Positions 1-10,886 of a stretch of DNA of 64,000 nucleotides are shown piece by piece (positions within the stretch are counted from its first letter, which is position 1; every line of letters begins with the position of its first letter). The position numbers were made by a program, and so were the translations under genes. The stretch is from a virus. Below the pieces are notes generated by a model, which saw only the letters and a program-made list of their open reading frames with translations, was not told the origin of the DNA and did not search any database. The DNA lies in IMG/VR virus record IMGVR_UViG_3300022689_000474, positions 88,053 through 152,052 of that record; one strand, written 5' to 3'.

Positions 1-1
1 T

Positions 2-2380
2 GCTTTAGAGTTAAATTCTACTCAAGTAGCTGGTCAACTTCCTATATCTAAAGGAGGTACTGATGCTGAAACTCCTTTAGAGGCTAGAAATAATCTAGCA
101 GCAGTTGGAGATGCAATATCTCTAGGAGGTGTTTCTATATTAGGAGCCCCAACTAAAGATTTTACAGGTCCTGATCCTACAGTACTAAGATTTAAAGGTC
201 TAGTTACAGATCCTGCTCTTCCATTAATAGTTTTAGATGATTCAGATCCTAATCAAATATCTATTGAATTTGATCCTTCTCAACTTGATATTAGTCTTAC
301 TACTGGAGATTTAGATGCTACTACTAGATTAGCTGGGGTTGTACCCATTGCTAGTGGTGGTACTAATGGTACTACTGTAGGTGAAGCTAGAGTTAATCTA
401 GGTCTTATTTATAAAGTACAAAAAGTACTTGGATCAACGGGACAATCATTAGTTCCTGCTACTAACCCTTTAGTACTTGATGCTGGTTTAGGTTATGCCA
501 TGAATCTAAGGGGTCTTAGACCGGGTAATGGTATTACTATAGAACCATCTTTAAATGGTCATGATTTATTAATATCTACGAATATACCAGATAATTATGA
601 TATTGCTAATATAGGAACTGGTACAGGAACTTTTTATCATAATAGAATTGGAAATACTTTTAATTTTAAAACTCTTAAAGTGGGACCCGCAGGTGGTCTA
701 ATTATTCAGAATAATCTTCAAGAAGTAGTTGTAACTCCAAATATAGCTAATGCTGTAAATATAGGAACAGGTACTACTCTACTTGCACCTTTTACTTTAC
801 CTGGAGCAGAATTAAGATTTAGAAGTATAAATTCTTTGACTGGTTCATTAGAAGATGATGGTATTGATATATCTACAAATGGTAATGAAGTATTATTAGC
901 TACACATATAGCTAATATTTCTTCTGTAGGTACAGGTTTTCATTTACATCAAGATCTATTAGTAGGTCCAGGTAATGATGTTAAGTTTAAAACTGTATTG
1001 ACAGAAGGTTTACTACCTGGCATGTCTATAATAGATACAGGGGATGAATTAAGGTTCCAAGCATTTCTGGCTGATGCTTTATCTGTAGGTATAGGTACTT
1101 CTATATTAAAAACTATTACTCCAATAACTCAACCTGGTACTGTATTGGAATTTAAATCTATTACTGAAGGTCCTGGTATATCTATAGTTGAATTACTAGA
1201 TGAAGTTCAGATAAATAATAGAGTAGTTAGTGTAGGAGGATTTACTTCTATATTATCTCCTACTGTTATTAATCCTGGTGATGCTATTGAGTTTAGATCT
1301 CTTAGAGCTGGTCCTGGTATTCAAATAACTACAGTAAACCCTAATGTTATAGATATAGCTTCGACTATACCTGAATATCTTATTGCTAATGTTGGTGGAG
1401 GTGTTGGACAAGTATTTAGAGATAGAGTGGGAAATACTTTTAATCTCAAAACTCTTAGACCTGCTGTTGGTGATAGAATTAGAATAATTAATGAAGCTTC
1501 TCTTATAACTTTAGATATAGATGAAGCTAATTTAGATATTAATAATTTAGGAGGAGTTCCTCTTACTATTGCTGGGGGAGGTACTGGTGCTACTACAATT
1601 CCAGGTATTAGAGATAATATAAATGTAGTCTTTGATGTTATGGATGCAGGAGCAGCTGGGGCAGCAGCTATTAGTATTATAGATAGTGTTTATAATTCAG
1701 TAGGGGAAGGTAAGATAGTTGAATTGAAGAAATTAATGGCGGGTAATGATATTCTTATCAGTGAAGTAGGATCTGATTTAGTAATCGAATCTACTGCCGT
1801 TATGACACCTATACCAGGTCTTAATATAGGGACTGAACCTGGAGAAGTATTTGTAGTAGGATCAGAGACTACTGGTCAATATGAATATAAGACTATTGGT
1901 TATGAAGCAGTCAATCCTGGTATAGAGATAGTTAATAATGCAGATTCAATTATTTTGCAACCATATATCGCTTCTGTAAATGAAGTGGCAGGTGTTGGTG
2001 AATCTTTAATTAATACTCCTGTAGCTCTCCCTATAGCTACTCCAAATACTACTGTTGAATTTAAGAAGATAACTGCAGAAGCTAATACACCTATTACAGT
2101 ACAGACTGTAGGTTCAGTATTAGAAGTAGGTATCTCTCAATTAGGTGCTTTTGTTGATGGAGTGGCTGGTGTTGAGACCGCTGTTGGTAGTGGTATTTAT
2201 GAATATAATGTCAATCATAATTTAAATGTTACCGGTACACAGATGATTGTTCAAGCTAGTACTGCTGCAGGACAAGTGGCTCAGATTATTTCTATTGCTT
2301 CTGGAGGGGCTAATACGGCTACTATTAGGACAAATAGTCCCGGACCCTTAAACTTTAGAATAATTAAAGTCGGTCCTTAA
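2..2380 (+). CDS. Tail fibre-like virion protein with ~50-aa repeats (5'-truncated; frame is open from the window start)
   Basis: The frame of ORF 500..2380 has no stop back to position 2 (ALELNSTQVAGQLPISKGGTDAETPLEARNNL...). It has three fibre-type motifs (LPISKGGTDA...EARNNL, VPIASGGTNG...EARVNLG, LTIAGGGTGAT) and recurring NIG-x-G...F(K/R)(T/S)L..G.GI.I repeats. Confidence 0.7.
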   Translation, partial: ALELNSTQVAGQLPISKGGTDAETPLEARNNLAAVGDAISLGGVSILGAPTKDFTGPDPTVLRFKGLVTDPALPLIVLDDSDPNQISIEFDPSQLDISLTTGDLDATTRLAGVVPIASGGTNGTTVGEARVNLGLIYKVQKVLGSTGQSLVPATNPLVLDAGLGYAMNLRGLRPGNGITIEPSLNGHDLLISTNIPDNYDIANIGTGTGTFYHNRIGNTFNFKTLKVGPAGGLIIQNNLQEVVVTPNIANAVNIGTGTTLLAPFTLPGAELRFRSINSLTGSLEDDGIDISTNGNEVLLATHIANISSVGTGFHLHQDLLVGPGNDVKFKTVLTEGLLPGMSIIDTGDELRFQAFLADALSVGIGTSILKTITPITQPGTVLEFKSITEGPGISIVELLDEVQINNRVVSVGGFTSILSPTVINPGDAIEFRSLRAGPGIQITTVNPNVIDIASTIPEYLIANVGGGVGQVFRDRVGNTFNLKTLRPAVGDRIRIINEASLITLDIDEANLDINNLGGVPLTIAGGGTGATTIPGIRDNINVVFDVMDAGAAGAAAISIIDSVYNSVGEGKIVELKKLMAGNDILISEVGSDLVIESTAVMTPIPGLNIGTEPGEVFVVGSETTGQYEYKTIGYEAVNPGIEIVNNADSIILQPYIASVNEVAGVGESLINTPVALPIATPNTTVEFKKITAEANTPITVQTVGSVLEVGISQLGAFVDGVAGVETAVGSGIYEYNVNHNLNVTGTQMIVQASTAAGQVAQIISIASGGANTATIRTNSPGPLNFRIIKVGP

Positions 2381-2404
2381 TAAGAAGTCTTTTAGGTAAA
2401 AGAA

Positions 2405-2440
2405 TTAAAGGCTTCCTAGAAATAGGGGCCTTTAACTTTA
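2405..2440 (+). terminator. Probable intrinsic terminator after the fibre gene
   Basis: Hairpin TTAAAGGCTTCCTA-GAAA-TAGGGGCCTTTAA with one bulge and a GAAA tetraloop, 25 bp after the stop. Confidence 0.55.
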
Positions 2441-2473
2441 TATAATACCTCTATTAATAAATTATTATTATTT

Positions 2474-2905
2474 ATGAATGTTATACTATTTGAATTACTT
2501 AATAAAATAGATTATTTAAGTAGAAAACCTCTTAAGATAGAAATAGGAAGTGAATTGGCTAGGGATCAATATGTATCTCTTCATAAAAGATTCCCTGATA
2601 TGCCAGATGATAAGAAGTTGGGTATAGCTAACTTATTACAGAATTATAATCTTAGAGACTTTACAGATTTAGAATTAAAGACATTATCTGAATTAAGATT
2701 AGATCTATTATTTCATAATCCTAATCAATCTATTGAAAGACAAATATTAAGGGGTAAAAGATTATATGATACTGGTTCTCCTAGAGTTTATAGATTATTA
2801 TATGATAATAATGTTAATGCGGAGAATATAGAATATATGAGAGCTACAACTTCTTTTACTCCTATTACTATTATTAAGAATTTAGCAGATATTTATATTT
2901 ATTAA
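2474..2905 (+). CDS. Hypothetical protein (143 aa)
   Basis: Non-overlapping ORF in the + strand operon; no motif recognised. Confidence 0.6.
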   Translation: MNVILFELLNKIDYLSRKPLKIEIGSELARDQYVSLHKRFPDMPDDKKLGIANLLQNYNLRDFTDLELKTLSELRLDLLFHNPNQSIERQILRGKRLYDTGSPRVYRLLYDNNVNAENIEYMRATTSFTPITIIKNLADIYIY

Positions 2906-2922
2906 TAAGAGGTATTTAAATT

Positions 2923-5900
2923 ATGAGTGATCCACTTTATGAATCTCAATTAGCTACATTAAACCTAGAAGATCCACCTATTGAACAGGGTCCAGATGTA
3001 ACTTGTTATAAATATGTATTGGTTCCAGACTATCTTGTAGATTTCTATAAGAATAATATTAAAGATAGGTCTAAAGTTTTAATTAATGAAGAAATGGATG
3101 GAACGGGGGATAAGAAAATAATAATGGTTGATATTACTATAGATAATTTTGTCCTCTTTGAAGCTCTTAATTATTTAGCAGAAGAAATAAGTGGATTTTC
3201 TACATTTACTGATGTAAGTAATGAAGAACAATATATAATATTAGAAGAAATCTTAAATAATCCTTCTTATAAAAATGCTGTTTCAGAATATATAAATAAA
3301 AAAATCTCTGAAACAACTAAAAGTCTTGGATTGAGTAATGATATAAAAGTGACATATAGATTAATAGGATTTGAAGCTCTTTATACTTTTTATAACTTGG
3401 ATAGTATTTTTAAGAAAAGTGATATAGGAGCGACTCTTACTATAGATCAAGATCTCTTAGATTTTTCTACTCGATTACTTAGAGAAAGTATCAAAGGTTT
3501 AAGACTATTTACATTTGACCCCCCATTAGTAGAGAAAAAAAATCCTGATGATAGTTTTAGATATGAAGTAATACCTCTTCATTTATTTAAGAATGCTCAA
3601 GTAGGTTTTGAGTATGATATTACGTTTAATATAGATTATGTACCTCAAGAGGGCTGTCAAGAACCTCAAGCTGAAACTGCCCCTACTCAACCAACTCCAA
3701 CTATTACAGCAGAAGAAGCTACAGTACCAATAGATGCTACTTCTATTAGTCCGATAGAAGATGAAGAGGTAGTATCACAAACTACTCCTAATGGATCTCT
3801 TTACTGTCCTACTGATGAACAGGTTGAGTTAGAAATAGATACCTTAAGAAAAAAAGCAATTCTTTCATATGAAACTCTAATATCTGAAGCTGAAAGTTTT
3901 ACATTCACAGATTCAGTATCGGAGTTATATAACAATATTAAGCCATCTTTAGTTAATATAGATAAAGAGAATTTATTAGATTCTATATTTTCTAAAACTA
4001 TTGGAGAAGATACTACTCTATCTAAATTAATTCAAGCACAAGACAATCTAAATCAAATAATACTTCAAATAACAAATGACAGTATTCCATCATCAACTGA
4101 TCTTGATAAAAACAAGTTAGAGACTTTATACAACCATATTCAAAATATTATAGATATACATCGACAGTATCTAACTTTGATAAATTATAAGGATAATTGT
4201 GAAAATCCAGAAGTAAATGATAAACTTATTGAACCTGAACCTGTTGAACCTACAGAGAAACCAGAAGTACCTCAAGAAGAAGTAGAAGTAGATGCAGGTC
4301 CTTGTGAAATATTCCCTAATAAAGGAAATGATGATTGGGGTATTAAATTTACTTATAAAGAAAGTCCTAATATAAGTGGATTACTTAGGGCTAGTTGTGA
4401 AGGTACTGCCGGTTCATTCTATGATGATACTGGAGAGAATGATGATATTGAAGAAGAAGTTCTTCTTAATAATCAAGAAGAAGGCGGAGAAGGATCAGAA
4501 GATAGACAAGCTTTAGCAGAAGCTACAATAAACACAATAGAAGAGAGAGAACAAAGAATAGCAGAAGAAGGTAGTGCGGTATCAGGGCCAAGTACTCCTG
4601 AGTTATCATCATCTTCTGGAGGTTATTCATCAGGAGGAGAATTACATGAATGGGAAATGACTTTATTACCCGCCATGAGATCAGTAGTTCCAAAAAGTCC
4701 TGGTATGGATGTTCCTAATGTAATGCCTGGTTTACAATTCCAGATACGTTCAAATATAGCTAAACATAGAGTACCTGGAGGACAAGCTATATATCAGAAT
4801 TTAGGTGTAGATTCTGTCATGGTAACTATAGTAGGTTGTTTTACAGGTGATGGGGGGTATGCTACAGAAGCTTCCTTGGCTGGAAGGGGAGAGAGTGTAA
4901 CTACTGCTTCTCCAATACTTTCAGAGGGTGATAATCCTTTCATAAATTTAAGTAGAGAACTAAGTGATGATGAAAAAACCCAACTTGAGAACTTTCCTTT
5001 AGAAACAGATCCCCAGAATGCATTAAATACATTTAATAGTTCTAATGTTACAGATATGAACTTTAATGGTTTATCTAGTATATCTACAAGTTCTATGAAA
5101 CCTACAGGAAGGGGAGGAAGAATATGGGAATTAGATGGATGCCCCTGTGATCCTGATATGGGTAACTCTTATTTATCTAATAGTGACCAACCATATATAG
5201 TAGGTAGTGGAAGTAAAGTAATACCTCAATACTTTAATGGACCTGATTGGAATCAGAGACCAACGATGTTTACATTATATGAACAATTAAGGAGATTAGA
5301 TTCATATCATGAATTTACTTCTTTTTATAAAATGGCTATAGAACAAGGAAGAGAATTAGAAATAGAGATAAATTTAGATAAATATAGTAATGGTTTAGAA
5401 TCTCAAAAGAATTTATATAAGAAGTATGGATTAGATTCTACATCATCAGTAAAACATATGGATAGTGATTGGGGTCCTTTAAGGAATGGTGCTAATGGTA
5501 ATCCTAGATTCAAAGGACTTATTAAAGCAATGGAAGTATATCATTCTAAAGGGGATAGAACATGGTATTTAATGCAAGTAGAATTAACGGATTTAGGTCT
5601 TACTACTGATATCCCTTTAAATCTTACTAAGATAGTACAAGAGGCAAGTGATCAAGCCATACAAGAAGCAGGTAGTGAAGATGATAGTGGATTTACAACA
5701 GAGTCGAATAGATTACTTGACTGTTTACTTATGGAACATCCTGAATATTCTGTGGATCAATTTAATGATGTACCTAATAGAGCTTATTATAGATCAAGTA
5801 CTAGTGATTCTAATAAAAATAATAGAATGGTATGGTCTACTACAACTGGACAAGGTATGTTATATACTGTTGAGAAAGTAAAAGTAGCTAAGCAAGAAAT

Positions 5901-8900
5901 TAAGTATGCTAAAGCAATTGGTTCAAAGACTCTATTAGAACCTAGAGAAATGATAGGAGCTCTTATAGAAGGAGGAAGAAGTAGTAGATGGAAGTTATCT
6001 GATATAAGATCTTTTAAGAAATATTTACATTTATTAAATACTGGAGCTATTTATGCCATTCCAAATTCTGCTGCGGGAAATTGTGGTAATCAAGCCCCTA
6101 GACCGAGAGAAGAAGGAAATGAACTTGAAGTTGCTCTTGGACCTTCTGAAGCTGTAGGAGATAATACATTAAGATATGGAAATATTCAATCTATTCCTTG
6201 GTTGAGTGAATTACTTGAGGGTGTTGACTCGAAGGATCCTAATCATTTAGGTTATTGGAAACCTAAACAATGGAAAACAGAAGAATTAGGAGGTGGAGAA
6301 AGTGAAAACGTTACTAAACTTTTCTCCTCTTTAAATGAGATTTATAATGATGAAGATCTAACCGATTCTAATATTGATACTGCTTGGTTTATGGGATATA
6401 GATTAAAACTTATTAAAACTGGCCCATTACAAGGCTATGGACTTATTAGAAGAAGTAATAACGCTTTTACAATATTAAACCCTGCCCAAGTTATTCTTAA
6501 TATTACTGAAGGTGAAGGCACTGGTAATTGGAAAAACTTTAATGTTGAAGGAGACTTAGAAAAAGTCATAAGTAATGTTTGTTTAAGAAGAAATCCTAAC
6601 GGAATACTTGATAGGATGTCTACTGGTTATGGAAGTGATGATCCACAACTTATAAAAGAACAAGCTGAGTCTTGTATGACCTTTTTTACTCAGGGTGATA
6701 TAGCTAATTGGCAGTCTTCTTCTATAGATACTGGAGATCCATATAGGATTGGAGATGGAGAATTAATCAGAAGACTTGTTGCTAAAGTTTTACTAAGTTG
6801 TGGGAGTCTAGTTGTAGATGTAGTTGGTGGATTGTTTTTATCAGTAGCAGCTGGTTTATTAACTGGTGGTGTTTTAGCTTTTATAGGAGCAGTCTTTACT
6901 CTTTTTACTGCGGTTGTTGCTTTAATTGATTGTCTTAAAGCAAGTTGGGATATAATTCAATACTTAAGGTTAGAAGATAAAAGTAGAATTTCTGTACCCA
7001 GTAATCAGGAATTACAACTAGATATTCTCTTTGCATTAGTTCCTTTCGTTCCCCAATTAGGTGCTTTTAAAACATTTGTTAATGCGGCTCGAGGTGCTTT
7101 TCAAAAGATTAAAACTGTTGCTCAAGCCTTTGAAAAGATACCTATATTAGGTAGTGTAATAGGCGTCGTTAAAAAAATGTATAAAGCACTTGTTGATTAT
7201 GTTAAACCTTCTCCAGGCACAGAGGCACTTCTAAATAGAATCTCTGATTTTCTTGAAGATGTAAGATTGAAAATGGGGAAAAAACCAGCTCCTACTACTC
7301 CTGGTACTCCTGGTTCTAGTACTCCTGGTACTCCTGGTTCTAGTACTCCTGGTACTCCTGGTTCTGGTAGTACTCCAGGTATACCTTCATTAAAATCAGT
7401 AGATGATTTTATAGATGAAATTCCTACTAATATAAGGCAGAGTATTGGAGAAAATAATCTACAAAGCTTTTTTAATGATCTTGCAAATAAATTTGGTATT
7501 CCTAGTAATGCAACTCCAGGTATTACCATTGATGGTGATCTCTTGTATTCATGGCATGATGCTGCAGGTGTTCGTCATGAATTAACTCTTTTTCCTAGTG
7601 CTGAGTCAGGAAAGGTTCGTATAAAATATGGAAGGGGTCCTGATATAGGTCAAGTAAAAACTGTAAGTGATGGAGTATATAATGTAGATGATATAGATAA
7701 TATTATTACTAATCCCCCTCCTAATAATACTCCTCCAGGTACTACCTCTCCCCCTGTAAATAAAATCTCTGTACAAGATTTTAAAAATCAAGTTACTTTA
7801 TCACCACAAGTTGTTGATTCTATAAATGCTAATCAACTAACATCAGATCAATTTATAGACAGTCTAATAAATAAATTTAATATATCTCAAGATGCTAATT
7901 TCACCACTCTAGCAGATGGTTCAATTATTGCTGATTGGGAAGTTAATGGAGTTAGAAAAAGGCTTAAATTATCTCCTACTAATAATGATAATTTTAAAAT
8001 AGAATATCTTGCACCAGATGGAACTAATAAATCGATAGAGTTAAATCCACAAGAATTAGATTATGTTGATGTAGATACAGGTACGCTTATTTTTCCTTCC
8101 TCTCCCCTTCCTCCTTCGTCTCCCCTTCCTCCTTCCCCTCTACCAGATGTTCCCCGACATTCTGGTACTGGATTAGAGATTCTTAAACTTAACGGAGGAA
8201 ATGCGTTAGCACCTGTTAAAGGAGATATTATAAATGGATTAAGGTTTCCTGAAACTGGTACTATTAAAGATATTCCAACTCCAGATGCATTAAAAGTTCC
8301 TGGTAATGGCGTAACACAATATGGTAGCTATGGTGCAAAATTAATGGAATGGACTGATGCAATGGGAGTAGATAGAACGGTAGCAGTAGTTGCTTACACA
8401 GATGGTTCAGTTACAGCGGCTGAAGTCACTTTAGATACTTCTGGACAGATTGTAAGTGTTGGTAAAAAAGTTAATACTTCTAATTCTGACTTTAATGATT
8501 TAACAGACTTTTTTAACATTCCTAATTATGGTGGAAATCTTAATATAGCAAATGTTCCCCCTCATCCTAATCGTACTGGTGTTCAAATCCAACGTCCTAC
8601 AATACAGAAAGCTATAGATGGTCTAGGTATCAATGCTGGTGCTACAGTAAATCCTATTGTACATACAGATGGAGCGGGAATTCCATATCAAGGATATGAA
8701 TTTACTTGGACAGATGCTAATAATATAACCAGAAAAGTAGAAATAGCGGAATCTTCTAGCACCAGGATGCTTGTAAAAGATCCTATAACAGGTGTTTGGA
8801 GTCAACAACCTCATGATAATCTCTTTGTTCCAATTCAAGCAAGTGATGGAACTAATCCAAATAATATAGTTTCAAGTGGAGATATTATTCATAACCAACC

Positions 8901-10755
8901 TGAGATGTCAAGAGAGATAGCAGCGGAGTTTAATTTACAACAAGGTGGGGGAGCTACAGATTTAGTTATTACACCTCAATCTTTTTCTTGGAAGGATAAA
9001 GATGGTATTCCAAGAACAGTTTCTATTTATAATGGTGATGACCCTACTGCTGGATTATTACAATATAGACTTAAGATTGATGAGGGTCCTAATGCTGGAA
9101 CAACATATTTGATTGATCGTAGAGCTGGTGGTTCTGTCGTAGCGACTCGTCCAGATGGTTCAACAAATAATTTAACTTTAGATGATTATAGAGCAGAAAT
9201 AAATCAAGTACCCTCCACCACTCAAACTACTACTTCTCCTCCTAACTCTAGTCCGGGTTCGACTCCCAATCCCAATCCCAATCCTCCCAATCCTAATCCT
9301 CCTCAAACTCCACTTACAACTCAAACACCTGCTAGTAATGCTTATTATGATGTAGATCAGAGTCAATTAGTTAACTTAATACCGGACCAAGCAGTTAGAA
9401 ACAATGTAGTACAAGGTATGAATATTCCAAGTAATGCAACACCACAATATTCAGCTAATGGTAACAGTATAGACTATACTTGGATTGATGGTGATACTAC
9501 TCATCTTGCAAGAGTAATTAAAAATCCAGATGGTACTTATAGTGTTTCTCGTAATATTGTTAATAGTACGGCTTCAGTGGGTTATACCGTTGATAATGTA
9601 ACGGAACAAACAAACTTAACAAATCAATTGTTGAGTAGTAATAATACTGGATTATCTTCTAGCTTACCTGGGAGTCAAAACCCTCCTGGTACTTCTCCCT
9701 CAAATACTCCTGATAATACTCCTAGTACTGAAGGTACTACTATTCCTGATAATACTCCTAGTAATACTCAACAGACTGGCCCTGAAAATTCTATAACTGC
9801 TGGCCAAAATTCAAGGCCTAATGGAAATTCAGTAACAAAGGATTCTTTACCAGATAATGTTCAATCACAAATTCCTGATGGAGCTGAGATTATAGAAACT
9901 CCTCAAGGTGATATAGTTTGGAAACAGGATAACCCGGATGGTACAGTAACTTGGACAAGGGTTGATCCTAATAACCCTAATCCTACTCCAGGTTCTACTA
10001 CTCCTGATAATGCTGGAACTTTAGATCCACAGAATCCTCCTCCTGATACTTCGGGGACAACTATTCCTGCTTCTTCTCAGACTAATCCTATTCTTCCTGA
10101 TAATAGTGTACGTCAAGGTTCTTCCTTGACTGACCAAGAGGGTATAGATCTTAGCAATAGAATTTTCTTCCTTAAACATGAGAATGGTTCTCTGATTTAT
10201 AACCGTACAGAGGTAGAGACAGTACAACAATTAGGTGATGGAAGTATAAAGATAGTTACAAAGCCAATACCTCTTGGGCCTGACGACGCCAAGTATCAAC
10301 AAGATGTGTTTGTGTATGCATCTGATGGATCCTTCATTTCTTTTGATCCTTACTACATTCTTCAGGATGGTAGAAAGATTTTAAAGTTTGAATGGTTAAG
10401 AACTTCAGGGACAACTATTCCTTCTCAGACTCCTAATACTAATATACGTCAAGCTTCTTCATTGACTCCACAAGAGGAAGCAGATCTTATTAATAGGATT
10501 CCAGATCTTATTTCTGATAATGACTCATTGATATTTTATGATGACGCTGTAGATACTATACAACAATTAGATGATGGAAGAATGATAATAATTACACAAA
10601 AAATATCTATTGCTAGTGGACCTATTGATCCTCTTGCACCTGCAAATACTGCGTTTATTCATGGAGAATATTTCTTGGCACCAGATGGGACGGTGTCGAC
10701 CCGTAATTTTATATATACTCTTACAGACGGGACACTAAGGACACGTGGATCTTAA
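2923..10755 (+). CDS. 2,610-aa modular putative virion protein: GpU/tail-tube-initiator-like segment, membrane helices, repeated C-terminal modules
   Basis: RBS-like AAGAGG upstream. IRSNIAKHRVPGGQAIYQNLGVDSVMVTIVGCFTG (~4745-4850) resembles the GpU/DNA-circulation N-terminal signature. A long hydrophobic stretch lies at ~6775-6940, followed by P/T/S linkers separating W-x-D modules. Confidence 0.55.
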   Translation: MSDPLYESQLATLNLEDPPIEQGPDVTCYKYVLVPDYLVDFYKNNIKDRSKVLINEEMDGTGDKKIIMVDITIDNFVLFEALNYLAEEISGFSTFTDVSNEEQYIILEEILNNPSYKNAVSEYINKKISETTKSLGLSNDIKVTYRLIGFEALYTFYNLDSIFKKSDIGATLTIDQDLLDFSTRLLRESIKGLRLFTFDPPLVEKKNPDDSFRYEVIPLHLFKNAQVGFEYDITFNIDYVPQEGCQEPQAETAPTQPTPTITAEEATVPIDATSISPIEDEEVVSQTTPNGSLYCPTDEQVELEIDTLRKKAILSYETLISEAESFTFTDSVSELYNNIKPSLVNIDKENLLDSIFSKTIGEDTTLSKLIQAQDNLNQIILQITNDSIPSSTDLDKNKLETLYNHIQNIIDIHRQYLTLINYKDNCENPEVNDKLIEPEPVEPTEKPEVPQEEVEVDAGPCEIFPNKGNDDWGIKFTYKESPNISGLLRASCEGTAGSFYDDTGENDDIEEEVLLNNQEEGGEGSEDRQALAEATINTIEEREQRIAEEGSAVSGPSTPELSSSSGGYSSGGELHEWEMTLLPAMRSVVPKSPGMDVPNVMPGLQFQIRSNIAKHRVPGGQAIYQNLGVDSVMVTIVGCFTGDGGYATEASLAGRGESVTTASPILSEGDNPFINLSRELSDDEKTQLENFPLETDPQNALNTFNSSNVTDMNFNGLSSISTSSMKPTGRGGRIWELDGCPCDPDMGNSYLSNSDQPYIVGSGSKVIPQYFNGPDWNQRPTMFTLYEQLRRLDSYHEFTSFYKMAIEQGRELEIEINLDKYSNGLESQKNLYKKYGLDSTSSVKHMDSDWGPLRNGANGNPRFKGLIKAMEVYHSKGDRTWYLMQVELTDLGLTTDIPLNLTKIVQEASDQAIQEAGSEDDSGFTTESNRLLDCLLMEHPEYSVDQFNDVPNRAYYRSSTSDSNKNNRMVWSTTTGQGMLYTVEKVKVAKQEIKYAKAIGSKTLLEPREMIGALIEGGRSSRWKLSDIRSFKKYLHLLNTGAIYAIPNSAAGNCGNQAPRPREEGNELEVALGPSEAVGDNTLRYGNIQSIPWLSELLEGVDSKDPNHLGYWKPKQWKTEELGGGESENVTKLFSSLNEIYNDEDLTDSNIDTAWFMGYRLKLIKTGPLQGYGLIRRSNNAFTILNPAQVILNITEGEGTGNWKNFNVEGDLEKVISNVCLRRNPNGILDRMSTGYGSDDPQLIKEQAESCMTFFTQGDIANWQSSSIDTGDPYRIGDGELIRRLVAKVLLSCGSLVVDVVGGLFLSVAAGLLTGGVLAFIGAVFTLFTAVVALIDCLKASWDIIQYLRLEDKSRISVPSNQELQLDILFALVPFVPQLGAFKTFVNAARGAFQKIKTVAQAFEKIPILGSVIGVVKKMYKALVDYVKPSPGTEALLNRISDFLEDVRLKMGKKPAPTTPGTPGSSTPGTPGSSTPGTPGSGSTPGIPSLKSVDDFIDEIPTNIRQSIGENNLQSFFNDLANKFGIPSNATPGITIDGDLLYSWHDAAGVRHELTLFPSAESGKVRIKYGRGPDIGQVKTVSDGVYNVDDIDNIITNPPPNNTPPGTTSPPVNKISVQDFKNQVTLSPQVVDSINANQLTSDQFIDSLINKFNISQDANFTTLADGSIIADWEVNGVRKRLKLSPTNNDNFKIEYLAPDGTNKSIELNPQELDYVDVDTGTLIFPSSPLPPSSPLPPSPLPDVPRHSGTGLEILKLNGGNALAPVKGDIINGLRFPETGTIKDIPTPDALKVPGNGVTQYGSYGAKLMEWTDAMGVDRTVAVVAYTDGSVTAAEVTLDTSGQIVSVGKKVNTSNSDFNDLTDFFNIPNYGGNLNIANVPPHPNRTGVQIQRPTIQKAIDGLGINAGATVNPIVHTDGAGIPYQGYEFTWTDANNITRKVEIAESSSTRMLVKDPITGVWSQQPHDNLFVPIQASDGTNPNNIVSSGDIIHNQPEMSREIAAEFNLQQGGGATDLVITPQSFSWKDKDGIPRTVSIYNGDDPTAGLLQYRLKIDEGPNAGTTYLIDRRAGGSVVATRPDGSTNNLTLDDYRAEINQVPSTTQTTTSPPNSSPGSTPNPNPNPPNPNPPQTPLTTQTPASNAYYDVDQSQLVNLIPDQAVRNNVVQGMNIPSNATPQYSANGNSIDYTWIDGDTTHLARVIKNPDGTYSVSRNIVNSTASVGYTVDNVTEQTNLTNQLLSSNNTGLSSSLPGSQNPPGTSPSNTPDNTPSTEGTTIPDNTPSNTQQTGPENSITAGQNSRPNGNSVTKDSLPDNVQSQIPDGAEIIETPQGDIVWKQDNPDGTVTWTRVDPNNPNPTPGSTTPDNAGTLDPQNPPPDTSGTTIPASSQTNPILPDNSVRQGSSLTDQEGIDLSNRIFFLKHENGSLIYNRTEVETVQQLGDGSIKIVTKPIPLGPDDAKYQQDVFVYASDGSFISFDPYYILQDGRKILKFEWLRTSGTTIPSQTPNTNIRQASSLTPQEEADLINRIPDLISDNDSLIFYDDAVDTIQQLDDGRMIIITQKISIASGPIDPLAPANTAFIHGEYFLAPDGTVSTRNFIYTLTDGTLRTRGS
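7297..7380 (+). repeat. 24-bp in-frame tandem repeat x3 (TPGTPGSS)
   Basis: ACTCCTGGTACTCCTGGTTCTAGT at 7297 and 7321, with a one-base variant at 7345. Confidence 0.9.
10048..10752 (+). repeat. Diverged tandem duplication of a ~118-aa C-terminal module
   Basis: ACTTC(G/A)GGGACAACTATTCCT at 10048 and 10402. The protein copies read TSGTTIP..VRQGSSLTDQEGIDLSNRI..VETVQQLGDGS and TSGTTIP..IRQASSLTPQEEADLINRI..VDTIQQLDDGR. Confidence 0.85.
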
Positions 10756-10886
10756 AATAAGACTATCTTACTATTGTTACTTTAATTGGAGGGGAAGTTT
10801 TATATCTTATTAAGGAAAAATTTAGAGAATTATTTGGAGATTAATTATATAATAGTAAAAGGAGTATCTAAAAAATAAATAAAGTT

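Noticed and set aside
10048-10752. Diversity-generating retroelement TR/VR pair
   Set aside because: Differences between the copies are extensive and not adenine-specific, both copies are in-frame coding, and no reverse transcriptase is present in the window.
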